From the NCBI GenBank assembly GCA_001179505.1, contig CDMY01000633.1:1-38346 (forward strand): a stretch of 38,346 bases of DNA, written 5' to 3'. Source of the DNA: Vitrella brassicaformis CCMP3155. Its lineage: Eukaryota > Protista > Chromerida. Of this stretch, positions 12,931 to 24,954 are shown piece after piece. The notes under the pieces were generated by a model. The model was not told where the DNA came from, searched no databases, and saw only the letters and a program-made list of their open reading frames with translations. Numbering within the stretch: position 1 is the stretch's first letter; each line of letters begins with the position of its first letter. The translations under genes were made by a program, and so were the position numbers.

Positions 12931-13290
12931 TTTCTCCGCTGCGGGGCGATCGAATCGGCCGCAGGGGGAAGAGCAGTGAGGGAATGGGAGATGAGAGCGG
13001 GCGCTAGATCCTCTGTTGAAGACGATTGAGCCATCCATGGGTTGACAAGCCATCGCAACTCATCCATCTCGTGGCGCTCCCCATCATCATCGGCCTCTCT
13101 TCGTCGCCTCGTCCAGGCATGGCGAGCGCACCTCTCTCTTCAGCAACCAACCGACAGAGGACGAGGCCTGTCAGCTACGTGAATAGGGCCACGTGACAAG
13201 GTATGGCGCGTCAAGCGATGGAAGACCATCATCTTTCTGAGATGCTGGCTGGCTGTCCTACCTCGCTTGTTGTTTTCAGGACGCTCGACC

Positions 13291-16200
13291 ATGTCTGCGG
13301 CTGCACTCGTGGATGGCCTGGCTAGTGGCAGCCAACAAACCCGAGCCGACTGCATTCGCGCCCTCGCCGATGAGATCGGCAAGGATCTTGTGGGGAGTGA
13401 CCGCACCGACCTCATCAGGCGTCTGCTGGAGGCCAATACTCGGGCACTGCTAGCGCTTCTTGAGGCGGTGTCCTCCTCACGCGAGACTGAAAGGCCTGCC
13501 GGGTTTGTCCTCTTCGCGCTCACTGCCACACGAGAGAGAGACCTTCCGGACGCCAAGTGGCTGACCACGCAGGCCCTGTCTGCTGCTGGCTCCACGGACA
13601 GTCTGGTGGCCATGATGGTCGGCGCCAAGGACGAGGCCTGCGTGTCTGTCGCCTTGAACGTCTTCTCAGAGGTGTTGCAGCGAGGGGTTCAGTCAGGCGA
13701 CTCGGGTGCCCGCGACCTGCTGCTCAGCAAGCACTACGACATCGTGACGACCTGTCTGACCTACCTGGCGTCGCAGAGGGACTCGCAGGGCTACCCTTTC
13801 ATCCTCAGGCTCATCTTTATCGAATCCATCTTCTCCAGACGCTTCCCGACGCCGCCTGCTCCGAGGACGTGGGAGCCTCTGCTGCCATGCCTGTGTGAGG
13901 CGCTGCTGCGCGACGATGCCCTCCGGTCTGCCAGGCTCTCCTACATCAGGCACCTCAACCAGATCATCGCCGAATGCATCAGCTCCGCATCAACTACAAG
14001 TGAGCGATGGATGGATGGATGGATGGATGGATAACACAGAGAGCTGGCATCCACCAGACCAGATCTGTGTCTGTCATGACCCCATCCATCAGGTGCCTCT
14101 GAAATTCTGTCCCGGTTTGTGTCCTCGCATCTCGAGAGCAGCATGGCCATCCTCGACAGCGGCGGCTCCACAGATAGCCTCAATGCGATAGCCTCAATGC
14201 GCTGGCGGGCCTCCATCGCGATCTCATTGATGTTCTACTACACCTTTCTGCTAGGTTGGCATACCATACCCACACGTTTCAATGATATGGTGCCTGGGTC
14301 TGTCTGTCTGTCTGTCTGCGCGTGTAGATGATGATGCTGATCTGACCGTGCTCTACCGGTTGTGTGAGCGACTGCTGGAGGCCCCTCGAGTGCTCAGGAT
14401 CGTCGCAGACCACCTCATGAGAGGTCTCAAGGAGCCAGAGCCACTTGTGCAGACGGTCTCGGGAGACCGATCTGACAGTCGGCGCGCTGTGGATGAGTGT
14501 CGAGCCCTTTCTGGCCTCGCCGTCTGTATCCCACGGGCACTCATCTGTGAGCAGAGACAGTCTCTCTTATCCGGCATACGTGCCACTGTTGTGCGTGTGC
14601 GTGCAGGCGCTGGTCACACTGCTGCAGCGATTCAGGCGGGCTTCCCCGATGTCATCATGGCACTCACACAGCACTGCCAGCACAGCAGGGGGTTCTTTAA
14701 CTACACCCCACGTGTGCTCGGCGTCATGGATGTGTTCACACTCGCAAACTCCAAGGTGGGCGGGTCCGCCAACGGAGGGAGGTCTCGTGATACTCTCCGA
14801 CACACGTGTGGGATATTGTGTGTGTGTGTGTGTGTGTGTTTGTTTGTATCGATGTGTGCAGATGATGATCGACATCGGTGCGGTAGAGGTCGTGTGCGAT
14901 TTGCTGCTCAGGCGCCACGCAGAGAAGACGCCAGCACATGCCACGACCAGCGATTCGCCGGCGCCAATAGGTTTGGTCGGAGGGTGTTGGCAAATCCTGG
15001 GCAGGATGGTCGTGTAAGCATCCAGACCCGATATGAGATGCCCACACACATAACGGTCACATGTGATGTGTTTGTTGCATGTGTGTACCTTATCTCGATG
15101 TTTCCATCCAGCTATGGCGAGTCCCGCGTGCGTCCCAATGCGCCGTACAACAAGGTCTCGCAAAAGATCCTCCAGGTCACTGACTGATGGATGAGCAACC
15201 TAGGTCATGCGTCCTCAGCTTGGCAAGCTGTGACGGTTTCTTTTGCTTGTTTCCAGAATGCGTCCGTCCAGAAGTTGCGTGAGCTTCACTGCGGCACCGG
15301 TGGCCTCGACGTCCAAGACACCAGCAGGCGCCCCAAGGCCAAGAAGGGCAGGATCAAGGGGCACTCAAAGGCGAAGACATCCCAGTAGGCCAACGAAGCG
15401 ACAAGGCCACACGTGTGTGAGGATATCAAGCATGGATGGCATGCAGGCCATGCAGCCCGCCAGACCCCACCTCTTGCCCGCCGTCATCCTCCTCCTCCCC
15501 CCCGTCAGATCAGAAGGCCGACGGCGCAGCAGGGGAGGACGCTGCTCCCTACGTTATGACATGGAGCGACAAGACTGCTCGTGGGGCGACACCTCTCGCC
15601 GGCGTCCTGGCGTTCTTCGACCAGATCGAAGAGAAGGAGAACGAGCGTGCTGCAGTCGTGTTAGCTGACCTCATGGCGACCGACGAGAGGGCGGAGAAGG
15701 ACAAGACGGCGGGCAAGGGCAGAGGCGGGGGGAAGGCTAGAAAGGGCAAAGGGCCACCGAGTGTGGCTGAGTCTGCGCGCTCCTATGATGTGTAAGTGGG
15801 CAACGACACGGCAAGCCCCCGCCACTGATTGGTGTGTACCGTTTGCTTGTATTTGTCAGGTGTGTTGATGGTCGTGATGCCTCTGACAGAGTGGCTGCCG
15901 CCGGACCCCAGGCAGGGTGAGTGTGTGGGCGGGCGGGAACGCAGCACGGCTGCCAGCTGTGTGTACGTGCCATGGACTCTGTGTGGGTCTCTCTGGGCCA
16001 GATCTGCTGCTGGTGCTGGCCCAGGGGAGAGGGACCCTCAGCCCCGCGGCAGAAGGAGGAAGAATCGAAAGAAGAAGCTCAACAAGGGCAGGGGCGAATC
16101 GCAGTAAGTGATGGAAGGAGAGAGGGAGGGGGAAGGGGCCACATTACGGTGGGCTGTGTCATCCATTTCGGCTCTCGCAGGTCTGTTGAGTCGGTGGCTG

Positions 16201-18232
16201 AGGAGGGCGTAGAGCATGACGGTGATAGCGACGTAGAGGACGCTCGTGCTGACGGCGATGACATAGACACACAGCAGGAGAGGTCAGCACACACAACACA
16301 ACACAGCCAAGCTGTCACCCCTCGCCAATACGTGCTGCATCCTCTCTATGTGCAGGCCCATGTCCGAGTCTGCGGACACGACGCGGCCTTCTTCTCGTTC
16401 GTCCGGTGCTGAGCCTCTCCGGCCCCCCACCGCCAAGCCTCTGCAGAGCGTCGGCAGCGGCACGGCTGGGCAGGTCGGCAGTGGCCTGGGGACCGTGTTG
16501 CGAGAGGGCCATGGTCTCGCTGGTCATTCGGCTTCGGTCAGCGGCGCGGTGGCCGCATCGGTCGGAGCTGGGGCGGCACTCACCCTGGCGGCCGACAAGG
16601 AACATCCACCACAGCAAGATGGAGACGACAGGTCCGCTGCCTGCCCCAGACAGGCATCTGCACCGCGGCAGATGTGTCACTTGTGTGTTGGGTGTGCAGT
16701 GGGGATGAGGAGGAGCATGAGGCGCAGACGCAGATGGCCATCGCTGCATCGCTGCACGACGCCACCACCGCTGCCATGGTGCGCCCGCCATCCATGCCGC
16801 CCTCTTCGTCGCTGACGTCTGGCGGCTCCGCCAGTGGCGCACCCGCAGCAGCAGCAGCAGCGGCATCACTCGGGCCTCTGAAAGATGCAGTGTGCAGGGC
16901 TATAGAGGAGCAGCAGAGGTCAGCAAAGAATCGACGGAGGGATGGGCGGACGCTTGGCTGCGTCATGTGTGTGTCCATGTCACCCATCTGCAGCATGGAG
17001 CGTGCTTATGGCGAGGCGCTCGAGCGGCACTCGACCATCATGGAGCGGACCAACGAGCTCACCGCTGCCATAGGGGCACTCGCAGAAGCCACGCAAGAGC
17101 AGCCAGACACGTACAAAGATGGGATAAAAAGCTCTGAATCATCTCTACTGATTCCTGTTGTGCTTCAGGTTGACTCGCGATGCGTTGATGGCCCCGACGA
17201 CGGCAGCGGAGGTCTGTGAGTTCGGCGAGAGGGTCACGCGCGAAGGCGAGCGGCTCGACCAGCTCTACTGTCGTGCATGCGATTCCTCCCGCCCCAGCAG
17301 CAGCGACACACGTGCCGACAACGGCAGCGAGTCCCTGTTTGGCCGCCTGCCGTCCCCATCTGCAGCATTTGATGTAGCGCGCAACAACGATCGCATCCAA
17401 AGGTGACTAACGACACCACACACACACACAGAGAAGTGATTGATCGGCACCCACTCAGGTCCTCGCGTCATGACAAGATAGCTGACGAGGTCGATTCGGT
17501 GTCATCGGAGGGGCAGCTGCGCGAGATGCGGCAGAGCACTGAGGCCAAGCTGCGACAGTGAGCACACTCACGGAGAAACGAGCGAGGGAGTGTGTTCATG
17601 CTGCCCCTTGGCTCTCCTGTAGGCTGGAGGCGGACATCTCGACGGTGACGGAGGCGACTGCGGCCGCCGAGGCGAAGACACAAACACTCCAAGAGCAACA
17701 TGACAACCTGCTTCAGCGAGCACTCACAGGGTGGGTAGACAGACACGCACACAAACTTCGCCGCCAACACCCCTCCTTGTTTCGTGTGTGCAGCCTGACG
17801 GAGCACCGGCTGTCATCCCTCCGCTCCCCTGAAGATGTGGAGGCCTTCAAGCGCGACATCACCAAGGCCAGGGCGGCACTGCGGGCACTGGCGAGAGAGG
17901 CCAGCAAGATGGAGGGTCGGCTGGAGGACAGGGAAGCAGCGGCCGCCTCTGCTGCTGCGGCACCGCCTCCCCCTCCCCGGCCCATCTGCGGCATCTGCAA
18001 CGACAGCCCGCCCACAGTGCTGTTCTATCCCTGTGGCCACCTGTGCCTGTGTGCCGACTGCTGGCAGCAGTGGAAGGGCAGACACGAGAGGGCCAAGGCC
18101 GAGAAGGAGCGGCTGGAGGGGGCGGGCCAGCCGGTGCCTGAGGAGGTGCGTCGGTATGCGGTGATGAGATGCCCTTCTTGCCGCAGTGAGCCCGAGAAGA
18201 CGATCGTAGTGCACGTGCAGACGGACAATTGA
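13291..18232 (+). CDS. ARM-like repeat + UIM-like + coiled-coil + C-terminal RING protein, copy A, about 1243 aa, 17 exons; putative E3 ligase
   Basis: Exons 13291-13999, 14093-14254, 14328-14755 (may hide one more intron), 14862-15013, 15112-15175, 15257-15384, 15456-15791, 15860-15916, 16002-16103, 16181-16282, 16356-16631, 16700-16918, 16994-17110, 17169-17402, 17459-17557, 17623-17730, 17794-18232; phase-consistent. RING CGIC-x11-CGH-x3-CADC...CPSC. ARM-like helices (AAIQAGFPDVIMAL, MIDIGAVEVVCDLL) are a tentative call. Confidence 0.8.
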
Positions 18233-18462
18233 GTAGATCAGACAAGCAGAGGGAAGGGCGGGCGGTGTTGTACAGGTGGTGGATGGGATGGTAGGGGATG
18301 CCAGCTGTTGACCGACTCACTATGGCCAGCCTGCGAGTGTAGCTTTCATTTCACTACATTCCATTGCATGTCATGCTCATACAGACACATTTCACGTGAA
18401 TGTCGTTGGATAGCCTCACACACGTACTGCACACGGTCCCTCATAGTCTGTCGGCACGTCAC
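16163..18462 (+). repeat. Inverted segmental duplication, arm A (about 2.3 kb)
   Basis: Exons, introns and 3' flank align by eye to the reverse complement of 30113-32364; the last exon differs at only 2 of 145 amino acids. Boundaries approximate. Confidence 0.92.
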
Positions 18463-18665
18463 TGGCCTGCCGGACACACACATCACGTGGCTGATACACA
18501 CCGAATCGCATGTCGCCATACACATCCATCCAGCAAATCCGACTTACTACACAGAAAAAGCTCAACTCATCTCTTGCTATTCCACACACCGTACTAATGC
18601 CCTCGCTCAATTGCTGTGCCCCTGCCACACAGGCTCGTCCCTGCCCCTCTCATGTGCCCATCAAC

Positions 18666-19079
18666 CTATCGGCCGATGCGCTCCTTCTTGACCTGCGGCT
18701 CGTCCTGCACATCACCAATCGCCTTCCTCTTCGAGCCCCGACCCGGCATGCCACCATCCTGATCGCCATTCTCATTGCCATCCACGCCGTTGTCGCCTCT
18801 GCTCTGCCGTGTCCGCTGCGTTTCAACCGTCAGCCGGTCGCAGTAGTTGTTGCGGTGTATGTGGCGAGGGGTGCCGATGGCGTCGATCTGCTGGTGCAGC
18901 AGCTTCGAGAGGCCGTTGGCTGCGGCGAAGAAGCCCTCCATGGCCCTGTCGAGCTCCGCTGCCTGGCTGGCGTCATGCTGGGAGGCCAAGGAGAGCGTTG
19001 CCTCGGTGGCTTGCAAGATGCTGTCCACATGGCGACCGGCCGACTGCAGGAGACGTGATGAGGATGAAGAGGCTGTCAT
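18666..19079 (-). CDS. Small hypothetical protein, 137 aa; helical N-terminal half, charged C-terminus
   Basis: ATG-initiated ORF ending in TAG, coding-like codon use, head-to-head with the next gene. An internal intron cannot be excluded. Confidence 0.55.
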   Translation of the reverse strand: MTASSSSSRLLQSAGRHVDSILQATEATLSLASQHDASQAAELDRAMEGFFAAANGLSKLLHQQIDAIGTPRHIHRNNYCDRLTVETQRTRQSRGDNGVDGNENGDQDGGMPGRGSKRKAIGDVQDEPQVKKERIGR

Positions 19080-19254
19080 GGGTTTTTGGCGCTCGAGGGA
19101 AGTGCGAGCTCAAAAAGAAAGAGAGAGCGGTTTCACGTAGTGTCCTAAAGAAAGGCTTTTTTCGAGCAGCTGCAACAAGGACATTGAGCATCTCGTGTAC
19201 TTGTAGATCTGCGCCTTTGTTGCTGTCTGAGGTGACGGGTATCGACACATCTTG

Positions 19255-21418
19255 ATGTCCTCTGCAGCCGACTCGCGAACAGGCGAGGCACTGCTCAACA
19301 ACACAACCACAGCGGCAGAGAGGAGAGCGACCTTCTTTCTCACTGTCTGTCTGTCTGTCTGCCCGCAGGTTCATCTTCCTCACGTTCTGTTTGGGCAGCG
19401 ACGACAGCTGCAGGTGGGAGCGCACGAGTGCCCGCCTGGATGGGATGCGCCGAATGTGATGTGTCCGTCCGCTATCGCATCATGAATCGTCCGTCTTCTC
19501 TGCTGCGTGTGTTCAGCTGCTCACCCGGCACGGCCGTCGGAACACATACCTTCGTCGTCATCCTCGTCGGCTCATTCTGGCCATGACCACCTCCACCCAG
19601 CTCCACCCCAGCCACCCCCGCCATCGCCCCCACTCCCACCTGCCGCAGCGTCTGCATCTGCTGGCGACAGTCCCTTCTACCCACCCAGAGAGGGCGGCGC
19701 GCGCGGCATCGGCAGCTTCTACACGTCTCTCTCAGAGGACAACTCACCCGGGTACGTTCGCGAGTGGGAAACCGTTGATCTGCGAGGCGACAATGGCAAG
19801 GAGGGCGGCGAGCCGTCCCAGCAGCAGGCCAAGAAGTCCTCCAAGGTCAAGATACGGCTGCTGCCCAAGTCGCTGAGGAGGGCCAGGGGCGGCAGTGAGG
19901 GCAGCAAGGCCAGTGCCTCTGTGGTCGCTGGCAGGATGTCTGAGGAGGTGCTGCAGGAGCTGACGCAGCTGCAGAGCTCCAAAGAGGATGCAGACGCACA
20001 GCTGCAAAACCTGCTGAAGGTATGTAAAAGGGGCAGGGATGGACACCACAGAAGGACGCTGGGCGATGCATGGTGATTCATCGTGTTGTGGACAATCATC
20101 AGGTGAAGTCGTTTCTCGTCCAGAAGCTGCAGGAGTGCGAGGCGGCGCTGCTGACGACAGCCATGGAGCGAGACGACCTGGAGAAGACACTTCATGAGCT
20201 GCAGGAGGTCAGGAACAGTAGAATGAGCTCCGAGAGCACTCCCATCAGTGCCAACTTGGCTCTATCTGTGTCGGTGTGTGTCATCATCAGGCTCTCCAGC
20301 GTCGCGAGAGTGAGATAGAGGCTCGGATGGACACACAGGACGTGCAGATCGCAACGCTCACCGTACGCGACCTCCAGCCACTGTGGGGCGACTAACTCAT
20401 CAAGTGCGATGGGTCCGTCTGTCTGTGTGCAGGAGGAGAAGAGTGCTCTCGATAAGGAGGCTTTCCGACTGAGGGCCGAACACAACTTGCTGACGGCTGA
20501 GCTCAAGGTAATGATATGACCCGATCTGATCACACACAGTTCATCCATTTCTTCGCAATCCTTGTCTGGTCAGGATACGGCTGCCCGCCATGCAGCTGAG
20601 GAGGAGGAGCTGAACAAGGCCATCGAAGACCTCAACGCGCAGAAAAAGGTAGCGCTGGCTCTCGCACACCAACAGGACCCTTCATCCACGTAATCATGTG
20701 TGTGACCTTGGTGTTACTTTAGCTGCTGGTGCGAGAGGTCAAGACACTTCGCCAGTCGCTCGCCACATCTCGCGAGCAGCTTGCCAACGCCCTCGCCCAG
20801 CTTGACGAGTATCGCAGCACCGAGCAGGCCGCCCCGGCCTCGGCCCCACCCCCTCCCCCGCCACCCCCACCACCCCAAGAGACAGAGACGGCCGTGACGG
20901 ACATCATTCGAGAGACGGAGGACAGCCTGTCGCCTCCCCAGAGGTCCAGCATGCCGCCGTCATACCGCTCCAAGAAGGATGGCAGTTTCTTCCACCAGGT
21001 GCTGAAGATGGCCCAGCCCGTCCTGGAGAAGGGCAAGGAGCTGGCGAGGGGTCAGAGCCACGTGCTGCAGACCACCCCACTGGTGCTGGGAGGCGACCCA
21101 TCTGAAGGCGCATTTGAGGCGATGCCCGCTGCCTTCATCACGCCGCCCGAGGGAGCCGCCTTCATTTCGTCGACGGACAGCAGCAGGAGCTCCCCTTTGC
21201 CGCCCCCACCCCCTCCGCCCCCGCCACCCCCGCCCAACCCATCTTCCATTCTGTCACAAGACCCAAGTTTCCTGTCGCCGCAGAGGGAAAAGGCGAGTGC
21301 GCTGATCAGCGACCTTTCGCCAGGCACCAAGAGCGAGAAGGACGACTTCCAGGAGTGTGCCGAGGAGGAGGCGGGCGAGGTGCCGAGGGACGATGTGGAG
21401 GTGCAGCTGGATGGGTGA
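19255..21418 (+). CDS. Coiled-coil protein with Ser/Pro-rich termini, about 532 aa, 8 exons
   Basis: Exons 19255-19282 (GC donor, tentative), 19369-19413, 19517-20019, 20103-20207, 20291-20362, 20433-20507, 20574-20648, 20723-21418; phase-consistent (1599 nt). Heptad-like helices; two polyproline runs. Confidence 0.7.
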
Positions 21419-21824
21419 AGATGGTGTCAATAGTTAACTGAGAGAGACAGTCACTTTTTGTGCCATGTCGATGGAATGCCATGGGAGATGACACGTGTAG
21501 GGGGATGCGTTCAGTTCGGTACATGGGGTGCCCATGATACGATGAGTGAATGGCACGTAGCTGTGTGTGAGGGGCGGGGCCGACGCAGGGCGGATGCGAC
21601 CATTGTATACTGACATTTCGATGCTTTTTCAACGTTCGGTTCTCACATGGATCTGTACAAGTCCATGGCACCACAACATCCCTCCCTCCATCCCTCTGCA
21701 CCATTCTACAGCCGGCATGGGCCGGGTGACCTGGCGGGCAAACAACAATGCAGCCCAATAGACACCACCCGCAGTGGAGAAGCGCGCGCATACAAGACAG
21801 CCAAACCGCACCTGTCGTCTTTCG

Positions 21825-23982
21825 TCAGGTGTCAAGCCGCTTGAGAATAAGTTGCTGTCGAGAGTATTTCCAGCCCCACTCGATGTCATACCGCCCCTCC
21901 AGCCCCTCGATGGTGTCGCCATGTGTCCGCTCCTCCACCAGCCGCCTGAAGGAATCCTTGGGCTCCAGCTGAACCTTAAGCTCCTTGACGCCGCGGATCT
22001 TGAGCAGCTACTTGACACAGGCAATGCCGAACTCACCGGCGGCATCGCCATCGCCCAAATCGTCAGGCACTGCAGTGACACAGCCAGACAGACGGGCACA
22101 TACAGGACGCAATGGGCTGCCATCTGAATGGAGGCGATTGTTGCAGCTCACCTTCTACACGAACATCCAGCCGTTCGATGGTCGGCAGCTGCTCCGCCAT
22201 GTCCCCCCACGTCAGCCCCCCCTCACCCACACCCGTCACCCACCAGGCCTCAAAACACTCCAACTCCCTCTCCCCGCCCACCGCCTGCAGCACCCCCACA
22301 GCTTGCTCCTCTGTCGACTCCCGGAAGTCAATGCGTTTGACCGCCGGCATCTTGGTCAGCAGACGGCGGCCACTCGCACGCACCTTGCTGGAATAAATCG
22401 ACAGACGCGATGCGGTGGGGAATGCGTTGTGAGGCATGCTGTCAATCACAATCGCATCAGGCTGCTCGGCGTCATCCTCGGGCTCCCAATTGTCTTCGCA
22501 GACCTCCACGGTCGTCGCACTGGGGAATGTCAGGGACTGTGCGAGTGCGATGGCAGCGGGGCTGGGCGTGTCGAGTGCGTTGGCGAAGTGCTGGGGTGCG
22601 ACGAAGAAGTCGGCCCTGAGGGCTTTGGCTGCCATCTGCTGTATGTGCTTCTGCACGAAGGGGGAGGTCTCCGGGCGCGTGGGAGTGTCGCAGAGGAGCG
22701 ACAGGTCGAAGGCCCTGTCGGTCTTGATGTCGACGGGGATGTCGGGGCTCACACAGACGGCACACCTGAGGGCCTCGATGCCGAGAGGGTCGCGAAGATG
22801 CAGCTGTCGATGGAGCAGTCCAGCTCGACGCCGAGTTTTTTTATGGAGCTGCAGCCACGGTCGACGAGAACCCTCTGCACACAGACACGCGCACATCACA
22901 AAGAAGCCCTCGCCCACTCTCTGGCCTTGTGAATCTTGTGTGCTTCACTGCTTACCTGGAGGCTCTCAAGACCCTCGGCACCCCCTCGAGGACGTTCAGC
23001 GCTCACGCAGAGGGTGCCGATGTCCTCGAGCTGTGACAGAGGGCCCGGCTGGCCGGCCGTCGGAACCGGGATGCACCTCAGCGACCCAGCCATGGTGTCA
23101 GGAGTGCATTCCACGTGCAGCTCCTTGAGGCGCCGTGACGTGGCCACCAGCTCCCCCAACACCTCATCGTTACACACCCTCCCCTCCACCTGGACCCTCT
23201 CGAGCGACGGCAGCTGCCAGTGCCGCCTGCGGCCGGGACCATGGAAATACCCATATTTGGTGATGGATGTGAGCGATGTGAGGGTGGGGGGCGGGTCGAG
23301 GGGAGGCGGGAGGCGGTGGGCTGACGGCTCTGTCGCAGCTCGGATACCACGGCCCTCGGCCTCGTCGATGGTTATAGTCGATTCGCCCTTGATTATTTCG
23401 ATGGACTCCAACGTGGTTGGCGCCTGCCGCCCCGCTGCTGTGGCCGCTGCAGCTCTCAGCCCGTCGATGTGGCCCTCCACTAATGCCGTGACGATCTCCT
23501 TTTTCACGGACGACAGCACAGTGTCGTAGTTATCGTAGTAGAACAGGCCAGCAGTTTCACTTGGGATGCGGAGGCTCCTCGGGCACTTGACGACGATGGA
23601 GTTGAGCCGTGTGAGCCGTCGGCCCCACTCGAAGGCGTCAGCGAATGACAGGCCGCACCAGAAGCGCCACTCGGCCGTGTCGTGGGTGTCCATCACCAGC
23701 TGGGTGATCTGGCAGCCGACGTGGCGCCACAGCCGCTGGGGCAGCGCCGCCACCAAATGAAGCGACACGAACGAAAAGACGTAGGCAACGACAACAGGCT
23801 GAGTGGACACCACACAGACACAGAGAGAGCAGACAATGAGGATGTGTGTGTCTGCCAGTGCTTCGTTTGCTGCATCTTACGACTTGGCTGAATTGCTGTG
23901 CGAAGGCCTCCAGATCTATGCTGTGTGTGGTGTGCGATGCCGTGGCCTGCTGCTGCTGCTGCTGCTGCTGGTCGGTGTCCAT
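21825..23982 (-). pseudogene. Probable pseudogene of a lineage-expanded, LRR-like hypothetical family
   Basis: Exons 23881-23982, 22956-23798, 22152-22874, 21825-22069. Exon 3 is 1 nt short of phase consistency and the GC3-rich frame switches at about 22780; the last exon has an in-frame TAG at 22008-22010. Family assignment is from recall only. Confidence 0.7.
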
Positions 23983-24087
23983 CACGGCCTCCTCGTCTCT
24001 GTCCGTCACAAGCCTCTCCCTCTCCGGTGGTGATAACGCGGAACCCTAGGGGGTTTGAGCCCTAACCCTGTACATAACCAAAAGGAA

Positions 24088-24954
24088 ATGTCGCTCGTGA
24101 CGCAACGCCTCCAGCTTTCCCCCACGGCATTCAGCTCACCGGTAGGCTGGCGGACGAACACATGGGGCCTCCGTTCTTTGTCTGTCATACTTGTTTCAGG
24201 TGGCCGGTGGGTACAAGCACATTCAGACCATCACCATCGGCCAGCACACCTTCCTCAAAGTCCCCTTCGGCAAGCTGCTCGCCTCACAAATCGCCGACGG
24301 ACTCGCCGAGGGCAGGATCTGTGTGCTTGGGTCGACCAGGACGACGCACCCGAAGGCCTACTGCCTGTGTTATGACGAGCATGACGGGAGGTACTATATC
24401 GCCCAGGTGAGGATGGGCGAGTGGGACACCAAGCAGAACCACGAGATCGACGACACGAGCAGGGCCCTACAGGTAGGGACATGCATTCAATGAAGTGGGT
24501 GGGGGAGGAGGAATTAGGGGCTGTGTCGCTGCTGTCTCTCTTTGTGCAGCTGTTCTCGTCTCGCCAGGAGTTTGTCGACTTTGTCTCCAAGCTGACAGAC
24601 TACAGCTGCTCGGGCCTCGACAAATTCGGCCCCCCGTACTTCAACCCGGGGGAGGAGTTCCAGGCAAGCGCCTCTCCTCCTCGCCATCATTGCCATGTCT
24701 CTGTCAGCCAGCCTGTCTGTCCTCTGTCTGTCTGCCTGATGTGTCAGCACTTGAGCATCCACTACCTGGTGAGTGTCCTGGGCGAGTGGGACCGCCAGAA
24801 AAAACGCGAGACGCAGGCGGAGATCGACCGCAACGAAGAGCGCAAGACAGTCGACACCATCAAGTCCTACTTCCGCACGGTGTACAAGGACGCCTACAAG
24901 GACCCAGCTGTCCACAAGGGGAAGACGTTCAATCCCTTCAGAAACACCCGATGA
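24088..24954 (+). CDS. Hypothetical protein, about 215 aa, 4 exons, globular-looking
   Basis: Exons 24088-24141, 24200-24472, 24550-24663, 24748-24954 (648 nt); third intron is GC-AG; strong GC3 bias. Confidence 0.8.

Noticed and set aside
22008-22010. TAG reassignment or programmed readthrough
   Set aside because: TAG ends other genes here (9479-9481, 18666-18668), no housekeeping gene has an internal TAG, and the same locus has an independent frameshift.
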